DNA of 64,000 nucleotides from Candidatus Omnitrophota bacterium (GTDB lineage Bacteria; Omnitrophota; Gorgyraeia; Gygaellales; Profunditerraquicolaceae): NCBI GenBank assembly GCA_016208765.1, contig JACQXK010000065.1, positions 962 to 64,961 of the forward strand, read 5' to 3'. Shown piece by piece: positions 58,436 to 64,000 of this stretch (position 1 is its first letter; each line of letters starts with the position of its first letter). The notes under the pieces were generated by a model. It saw only the letters and a program-made list of their open reading frames with translations, ran no database searches and was not told where the DNA came from. The position numbers and the translations under genes were made by a program.

Positions 58436-59612
58436 ATTTTTTACATTAGGCTGCAAGGTCAATCAGTATGAAACGCAGGCAATCCGCGAACATTTCTTGA
58501 AAAAGGGTTTCACAGAAATTAGTAATGGGCTTGCGGCGGATGTTTATGTAATTAATACCTGTACTGTTACGCATAAAGCTGATGCGGAATCATTTAATTT
58601 GATCCGCCGTTTCCGACGACAAAATCCCAAAGCAAAGATAATTGTTACCGGTTGCCTCACCAAGCTTGATTCAAATAAAATTCTCGCCTTATCCCCTGGA
58701 ATTTCTGTAATAAAAGATAAAACAAAGATTATGAGTAAAACTGTTTGTGATTTTAAAGGGCGCACCAGGGCATTTTTAAAGATCCAGGATGGTTGTAATA
58801 ATCATTGTTCATATTGCAAGGTGCCTTTGGTTCGCGGTAGGTCAAAGAGCAGGCCATTGGCACAGGTGATTAAAGAAGCAAGGCTATTAGTCAACAAAGG
58901 TTTCAAAGAAATTGTTCTTACCGGTATTTGCCTTGGATCTTATGGGAGAGATTTTAAAAGAAAGATTGAATTAACCGCAGTAATTAAGGCCTTGGAAGAA
59001 ATTGAAGGATTATCGCGGATTAGGCTGAGTTCAATTGAGGCAGGAGATGTTTCTGATGCCTTAATTGATTTGATGCGTAGGTCTAAAAAGTTATGCCATC
59101 ATTTGCATATCCCTGTGCAGAGCGGAGACGACAAGATTCTAAAGAAGATGAACCGCAGGTATTGCCGGGCAACATATTTATCTTTGATTAAGAAACTCAA
59201 GAAAAAAATCCCTGATATAGGGATTACTACCGATGTCTTAGTCGGTTTTCCCGGTGAAACTGAAGAAAATTTCCAGAATACAGTTGATTTAATAAATGAA
59301 ATTGAGCCTCTTAAAGTGCATATTTTCCCATATTCAAAAAGAGAGGGCACTGTTGCTTCCTTAAATAATGATGGCTTGTCGGACCCGTATTTGGTTCAAG
59401 AAAGGATGCGTAAATTAGCCTGCATCTCTGATGAATGTGCAAGAAAATTCAGGAGAAGATTCCTGAATAAGAAATTAGAGGTACTTGTTGAGGCAAGGAA
59501 AAAAACTAACCCGGATATCTGGCATGGTTACGCAAGTAATTACTTGCGGGCAGAAATTAAGTCTGAGCCCGATATTTCTAATATGATTTGCTGCATAAAA
59601 TTACGAACATAG
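58422..59612 (+). CDS. MiaB-family radical SAM methylthiotransferase (MtaB-like, no obvious TRAM domain)
   Basis: MTTase N-domain IKFFTLGCKVNQYET. Radical SAM CSYCKVP. Confidence 0.75.
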   Translation: MQTIKFFTLGCKVNQYETQAIREHFLKKGFTEISNGLAADVYVINTCTVTHKADAESFNLIRRFRRQNPKAKIIVTGCLTKLDSNKILALSPGISVIKDKTKIMSKTVCDFKGRTRAFLKIQDGCNNHCSYCKVPLVRGRSKSRPLAQVIKEARLLVNKGFKEIVLTGICLGSYGRDFKRKIELTAVIKALEEIEGLSRIRLSSIEAGDVSDALIDLMRRSKKLCHHLHIPVQSGDDKILKKMNRRYCRATYLSLIKKLKKKIPDIGITTDVLVGFPGETEENFQNTVDLINEIEPLKVHIFPYSKREGTVASLNNDGLSDPYLVQERMRKLACISDECARKFRRRFLNKKLEVLVEARKKTNPDIWHGYASNYLRAEIKSEPDISNMICCIKLRT

Positions 59613-59786
59613 ATTTGTATTAAGCGCGTTTGAATCAGCCATAAAATATGTTACACTTATTATAGGGCTTTCATTTGAGGTGGATAGGCAGAAAATATTG
59701 TAATAATTATAAATTTATATCGGAATAAAGAATTTCTTTAAAGCCTATTCTTCAAACAGAAGGATAGGCTTTTTGTATAAAAAAAC

Positions 59787-59815
59787 TTGACAAAAGGAAG
59801 GGGGGTGAGTAAAAT
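59787..59815 (+). promoter_or_regulatory. pilA promoter (TTGACA, 17 bp spacer containing a G6 run, TAAAAT)
   Basis: Read directly. Confidence 0.55.
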
Positions 59816-59953
59816 AAATTCAATTGGGGGACAACGCAGCTTAAAAGAAACAGGCTCTTAAAAAAAGCAGTGGGTATAATCAATAAAGTAAATTAAGAGT
59901 AGTTTCAGGAGAGCGCGAACAGTTAATTTTACCCGGGAAAGGAGGCTTCATCA

Positions 59954-60334
59954 ATGAATAGAAAAGGTTTTACACTCGTTGAAATCATGATCGTAGTAGC
60001 AATTATTGCACTTTTGGCAGCTATTGCCATACCTAATCTTTTAAGTGCAAGAAAGACTGCTAACGAAGCCGCTGCAAAAGCAACCGTCCGTAGTTTCATG
60101 ACTGCCGCTGAAACATATGCCACAAGCCATAGCGGGTCATATCCTGCAGACACTACAGCATTAGCCACATATATTACTGCGGCTAATAATTATTGCGGGG
60201 CTTTAGTTCAAGGTTACAGCTATACTTGTGATTTAGCGGCAACAGGCTACACATTTACAGCTGCTCCTTCAAGCGATGCCGCAGGTTCGCTTACGTTTAC
60301 AGCTACTACAGGCGCAGTTTTGTCACCGTTGTAA
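59954..60334 (+). CDS. pilA: type IVa major pilin
   Basis: KGFTLVEIMIVVAIIALLAAIAIPNLL. C-terminal Cys pair (YCG...TCD). Strong RBS GGAGG. Has its own promoter and terminator. Confidence 0.85.
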   Translation: MNRKGFTLVEIMIVVAIIALLAAIAIPNLLSARKTANEAAAKATVRSFMTAAETYATSHSGSYPADTTALATYITAANNYCGALVQGYSYTCDLAATGYTFTAAPSSDAAGSLTFTATTGAVLSPL

Positions 60335-60359
60335 GCTTTTGCTTATTAATTGGTGCAGA

Positions 60360-60393
60360 AAAGGGAGGAGAAGAAATTCTCCTCCCTTTTTTT
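60360..60393 (+). terminator. rho-independent terminator after pilA
   Basis: GGGAGGAGaagaaattCTCCTCCC followed by a T7 run. Confidence 0.8.
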
Positions 60394-60437
60394 AATGGTG
60401 CACTAAAAGGTCAGAAGTTTAGATTCTTCGTCAAGTT

Positions 60438-62405
60438 ATGATTATTCGTGAAAAGAAATTTCTTTTATTTACAGTTTTTATTCTAATTGCTGCAGTCTGT
60501 TTTGCTGCCTACGCGAGTTCTTTTCAGAATCCATTTCTATGGGATGATGAGGGGTTAATTGTAAAAAACCAGTTTATCAGGCAACTTTCAAGTTGGCAGA
60601 AAATCTTTACCAGCGACCTTTATACTGCGAGCCTTGCAGGCTCTAATTTTTACCGTCCTGTTCAGACATTATCCTTTATTCTGGATTATCATTTTTGGCA
60701 GCTGAATCCCTTTGGGTATCATCTAACCAATGTATTGTTGCAGATAGTTGTGGCTTTCCTGGTTTTTCTTCTTGTTTTAACTATACTTGGTAACTTTTCT
60801 ATATCACTTGCTGCTTCACTTTTATTTGCCGTAAGCCCGATACATTGTGAGGCAGTCACTTATATTTCCGGAAGAGCGGATATGCTCATGGCGGTTTTTT
60901 TGCTCTCTTCGTTACTGGTTTTTGTCAGGTCTCTTGAAATTAAATCTGGAGTTAAATATGTTTGGCTGGTTATTTCATTATTTTTGTTTGTATTGGGCCT
61001 TCTTTCCAAAGAGCTGGCTGGTGTTTTCCCATTTGTGATAACTGCCTGGGTTGTCTATTTTAACAGAGAAGAGCTAAAAAAACCTTTTTTCTTTATCCGC
61101 AACATATTTCCATTCTTTGTTTTGCTACTGGTTTATCTGGCGCTAAGGTTGACAGTATTAAGATTTGCCACGATGTATGAACCGCAATTGGCAAAGTTTC
61201 CTTTATTTGTCAGATTAGAGGCATTTCCTTTGGTGCTTTGGACGTATCTAAATATGATGATTTTTCCTGTTGGCCTGCATATGTCGCGCACGTTGATTTT
61301 GGCACAAAGCGCTTTCGGTAAAGTATTAATGTTTGCGGGGTTCTGCGTGATCTGGTTAAGTGTTTTTTATATTGTTCTTTCAAAAAAGAATAAGGGGACT
61401 GTTGCTTTTTTCGTTTTTTTGTTCTTTATTTTTCTTCTGCCGCAGTCAGGAATTCTCCCCATTAATGCTTTTGTATCGGATCATTTCATATATTTATCCT
61501 CGGTAAGTTTTTTTGTTTTGGTTGCGTATTTGTTGAAGCATTACTTCAAGAAGCCGGTTTTTATTATTTTAGTTTCTTTCTTAGTTTTATTTTACGCATT
61601 ACTTACCTTCGGGAGGAATTTTGAATGGAGAAGCCAGCAAGTGTTTTTTGAAAGGATAATAAAATTTTCTCCGGCAAGCTATCTTGCACACAACAATCTG
61701 GGATTAGAGTATGAAAAGAAAAAGGAATACTTGAAAGCAACTGATGAATTCAAAAAGGCAATTGAGTGTAAGCCTAAAATGATTATTGCCCGTTCAAATC
61801 TTGCAAGCCTTTATTATAAAATGAAGAAATTTTCTGAGGCTGAAGTTGAGTATAAGGTGCTTGAAAAAATGGTTCCTGCTGATAAGGCAGGAGAGCTGCA
61901 AAATAATATTGGCGCGTTGTATGACGCCCAGGGGTTGTTTGATCGGGCGGTTTCCCGTTATAAACTGGCGTTACTATTAAATCCAAGCCTTAATTTGGTG
62001 CATTTTAATCTGGCAAGGGTATATTTAAAAGAGGGGCAACAGAATTTAGCTGAAGAAGAAATAGTCAGCAGTTTTAGCAAGGTAAATGGCTTGGCCTTAA
62101 ATACAGCCAAAGTAAATATTGTCAGAGATTATCTTGGACAGGCGAAAGATCTAAGTTGCGCTGTTACATTTTATAATGATTTGGGGATTAAATTTGCCCA
62201 AGCCAAAGAATTCGTTTTAGCGGAATATTGTTTTTCGCAAGCTATTAAGATCGCCCCTGATTACGCTGACGCTCATTTTAATTTAGGTTTAGCTTATCTG
62301 CAACAATCCCACCTAAAAGAGGCATTATCAGAGTTTGATAAAGCTTTAAGGCTTAACCCTGCCCATAACAAGGCCAAGGAGATTATTAAGTCCTTGTCCC
62401 GTTAG
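60438..62405 (+). CDS. TMTC/PMT-like polytopic membrane protein with C-terminal TPR repeats (paralogue of 37144..38826)
   Basis: AYASSFQNPFLWDDEGLIVKNQFI N-terminal motif, multiple TM segments, TPR C-terminus. Confidence 0.5.
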   Translation: MIIREKKFLLFTVFILIAAVCFAAYASSFQNPFLWDDEGLIVKNQFIRQLSSWQKIFTSDLYTASLAGSNFYRPVQTLSFILDYHFWQLNPFGYHLTNVLLQIVVAFLVFLLVLTILGNFSISLAASLLFAVSPIHCEAVTYISGRADMLMAVFLLSSLLVFVRSLEIKSGVKYVWLVISLFLFVLGLLSKELAGVFPFVITAWVVYFNREELKKPFFFIRNIFPFFVLLLVYLALRLTVLRFATMYEPQLAKFPLFVRLEAFPLVLWTYLNMMIFPVGLHMSRTLILAQSAFGKVLMFAGFCVIWLSVFYIVLSKKNKGTVAFFVFLFFIFLLPQSGILPINAFVSDHFIYLSSVSFFVLVAYLLKHYFKKPVFIILVSFLVLFYALLTFGRNFEWRSQQVFFERIIKFSPASYLAHNNLGLEYEKKKEYLKATDEFKKAIECKPKMIIARSNLASLYYKMKKFSEAEVEYKVLEKMVPADKAGELQNNIGALYDAQGLFDRAVSRYKLALLLNPSLNLVHFNLARVYLKEGQQNLAEEEIVSSFSKVNGLALNTAKVNIVRDYLGQAKDLSCAVTFYNDLGIKFAQAKEFVLAEYCFSQAIKIAPDYADAHFNLGLAYLQQSHLKEALSEFDKALRLNPAHNKAKEIIKSLSR

Positions 62406-62471
62406 TACTCGCTTAGTTGAAATATACCTCTATTTGCAACAGGTTAGTTAGCGGGGGTGGATATTGTCATG

Positions 62472-62543
62472 CCCGCGAAATCCCCGCTTTCGCGGGGAGG
62501 CAACCAGGCGTTCCCGTAGTTGGATTCCCGCTTACGCGGGAAT
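62472..62543. promoter_or_regulatory. cluster of GC-rich hairpins in an AT-rich spacer
   Basis: CCCGCGAAAtccccgcTTTCGCGGG (62472-62496) and ATTCCCGCttacGCGGGAAT (62524-62543). Confidence 0.4.
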
Positions 62544-62645
62544 GACTCACTCATAGTAACTGACCGGTTACCTATATTCTAACTTTTGACTTGCTTAAAG
62601 GCATATTTATGTTAAAATCAATTTGATAAAATATAACTTATTGCC

Positions 62646-63074
62646 ATGCATAATATAAGGACAAATAAAAAAGGATTAAGTTTTATAACGCTGATGATCA
62701 TTATTGCTCTTTGCGCTTTGGTTTTGCGCTTTGCCATTGAGCAGATCGTGCGTTCAAACATTGCCCATAACGAATCCAATGCCCTGCCTACGTTGCGTTT
62801 GATTTCTGCCGCTTTAGAGAGTTACGCCAGGGATAACCATGGCGCTTATCCGACGAGCATAACGCTTTTAACTCAATCACAGCCGGCTTATCTTGATAAA
62901 GATTATACTGCTCAGCCTCCTTTAAAAGGCTATAATTTCGGTTGCTTGAGGCTTGAGGCACAAGGATATATTTGTTCTGCATCTCCTGTGCAATGCAATG
63001 TAACCGGAAAAAAGGAATATACCATTTCTACAGGTGGGCTCTTGGTTACCGAAGGCTGTGATCAGAAAGATTAA
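62646..63074 (+). CDS. pilin-like protein, a PilA paralogue with a degenerate N-terminus (no Glu5)
   Basis: The C-terminal region aligns with pilA (ALESYARDNHGAYP versus AAETYATSHSGSYP, with GY..C spacing). The N-terminus is KKGLSFITLMIIIAL. Confidence 0.5.
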   Translation: MHNIRTNKKGLSFITLMIIIALCALVLRFAIEQIVRSNIAHNESNALPTLRLISAALESYARDNHGAYPTSITLLTQSQPAYLDKDYTAQPPLKGYNFGCLRLEAQGYICSASPVQCNVTGKKEYTISTGGLLVTEGCDQKD

Positions 63075-63075
63075 T

Positions 63076-63489
63076 ATGTTAAAGCTTGGATATAGAGGGA
63101 TTACATTAATGGAGATCATGGTAGCTGTCGGTGTGCTGGCAGTTACGCTTGTTGGTTTGTTAGCTCTTTTTGTAAATTGCTTATTTCTAAATGAGGCAAG
63201 CAGGAACCTGACTTTTGCCTCCAGTCATGCTCAATATGTTTTGGAAGATGTCAGGAATTCGGCATTTGCTGATTTTACCTCGTTGAAAACTGCGATTAAT
63301 AACGGTAACTGGGATTGGGATTCCGGAGAGATAAACGCAAAAGGTTTAATAGCGTTAAAAAATGAACAAATAGACACGCAGGCCTCTGATACAAATCCGC
63401 TGCAGGTTACAGTTTTGGTTACTTGGAAAAACAACAGGGGCCAGGACGTAAATACCAGCTTAAACACTAAGATTACAAATTACCAATGA
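63076..63489 (+). CDS. prepilin-type minor pilin
   Basis: RGITLMEIMVAVGVLAVTLVG. Confidence 0.65.
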   Translation: MLKLGYRGITLMEIMVAVGVLAVTLVGLLALFVNCLFLNEASRNLTFASSHAQYVLEDVRNSAFADFTSLKTAINNGNWDWDSGEINAKGLIALKNEQIDTQASDTNPLQVTVLVTWKNNRGQDVNTSLNTKITNYQ

Positions 63490-63971
63490 AGGGTTTTACA
63501 TTATTAGAGGTTTTGGTCAGCATATTGATCTTGAGCCTGCTTTTTGCGGGCATAAGTTCCGTGTTAGTGATAGGAAATACAGTTTTTCATAGCGATTTAG
63601 GGATATTGGATTTAGAACAACAGGTGCGCCAGGCTATGGAGGCTATGTTGTGGGAGCTTAGAGAAGCGTCTAACGTTACCATGCAAAGTTCTGATAGCAT
63701 CTCTTTCAACTCTTTTTCAGGAGTAAATATTTCTTACGTTTATAATGATGGCAACAACGACGGAATAAAGGATCAAATATTGCGTCAGGAATCCGGAGCA
63801 ACAAGGATTTTGGCTCAAGATATAAGTTATTTGCTTTTTTCTGTTTCAGGCAACCTGGTTACTATTGAGGTATCCGGCGGAAAAAATATTTTAGGGAAAC
63901 AATCCTGTTTTCCTTCACCTTGCCAGTCGCCGTTAAAAACATTTAACGGGCAAGTGCGTTTGAGGAATTAG
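63486..63971 (+). CDS. prepilin-type minor pilin
   Basis: MKGFTLLEVLVSILILSLLFAG. Confidence 0.65.
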   Translation: MKGFTLLEVLVSILILSLLFAGISSVLVIGNTVFHSDLGILDLEQQVRQAMEAMLWELREASNVTMQSSDSISFNSFSGVNISYVYNDGNNDGIKDQILRQESGATRILAQDISYLLFSVSGNLVTIEVSGGKNILGKQSCFPSPCQSPLKTFNGQVRLRN

Positions 63972-64000
63972 CTTATGAATAATCGTGCCTCGGCTTTGGT

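Noticed and set aside
63976..64000. ORF start MNNRASAL at the window edge
   Set aside because: Only 8 codons are visible. It could be another pilus gene but cannot be supported.

Overview
This 64 kb window is AT-rich (roughly 35-40% GC by eye) and every supportable gene lies on the + strand. It looks like a Gram-negative, probably uncultivated, low-GC bacterium: an OprB-type porin, secretins, type IV pilus machinery and argJ are present. Taxon not determinable from here.

Gene content in order:
- A DUF360/YvlD-type membrane protein downstream of a G11 homopolymer.
- A compositionally distinct block at about 0.9-6.7 kb (GC around 50%): OprB porin, a lipoprotein with a discoidin and a class-I glutamine-amidotransferase-like domain, glutamate decarboxylase GadB and the Glu/GABA antiporter GadC.
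- A MerR-like regulator, an ExeA/GspA-like ATPase and a membrane partner.
- Two tandem CrtI-family FAD oxidoreductases, a membrane sensor kinase and a response regulator.
- A repeat-containing hypothetical protein, then a secretin with a C-terminal TonB_C-like extension.
- rplM-rpsI.
- A complete argCJBDFGH operon.
- A secreted cysteine-containing protein.
- A lysine (DapL-route) cluster, lysA-dapF-dapA-dapB-dapL, followed by folK, panC and a NadX-like dehydrogenase.
- A small tandem-repeat basic protein.
- A putative protein-glycosylation module: DUF2079 membrane protein, a methyltransferase-GT2 fusion, and a TMTC/PMT-like TPR membrane protein.
- uvrA.
- A large TPR protein split by a 1-nt frameshift in an A5 run.
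- exbB-exbD and a tonB-like gene.
- Three small genes: a Zn-ribbon membrane protein, a wHTH protein and a PilX-like protein.
- An HTH_17 regulator co-transcribed with pilM(N)-pilO-pilP-pilQ-pilB-pilC.
- Two pseudopilin clusters, plus a separately promoted and terminated major pilin pilA.
- A GIY-YIG nuclease embedded in a tandem array of tRNA-like repeats ending in a tRNA-Ala(CGC)-like 3' half with CCA.
- An AMMECR1 protein, rsmE and a MiaB-family methylthiotransferase.
- A second TMTC-like TPR protein.

The most unusual signal is a family of palindromic 'CCCGAC...GTCGGG' hairpin repeats. They occur in-frame inside lysA and dapF, in the argD-argF spacer, and inside the D-loop region of the tRNA-like repeats. 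This resembles Rickettsia-type palindromic elements.
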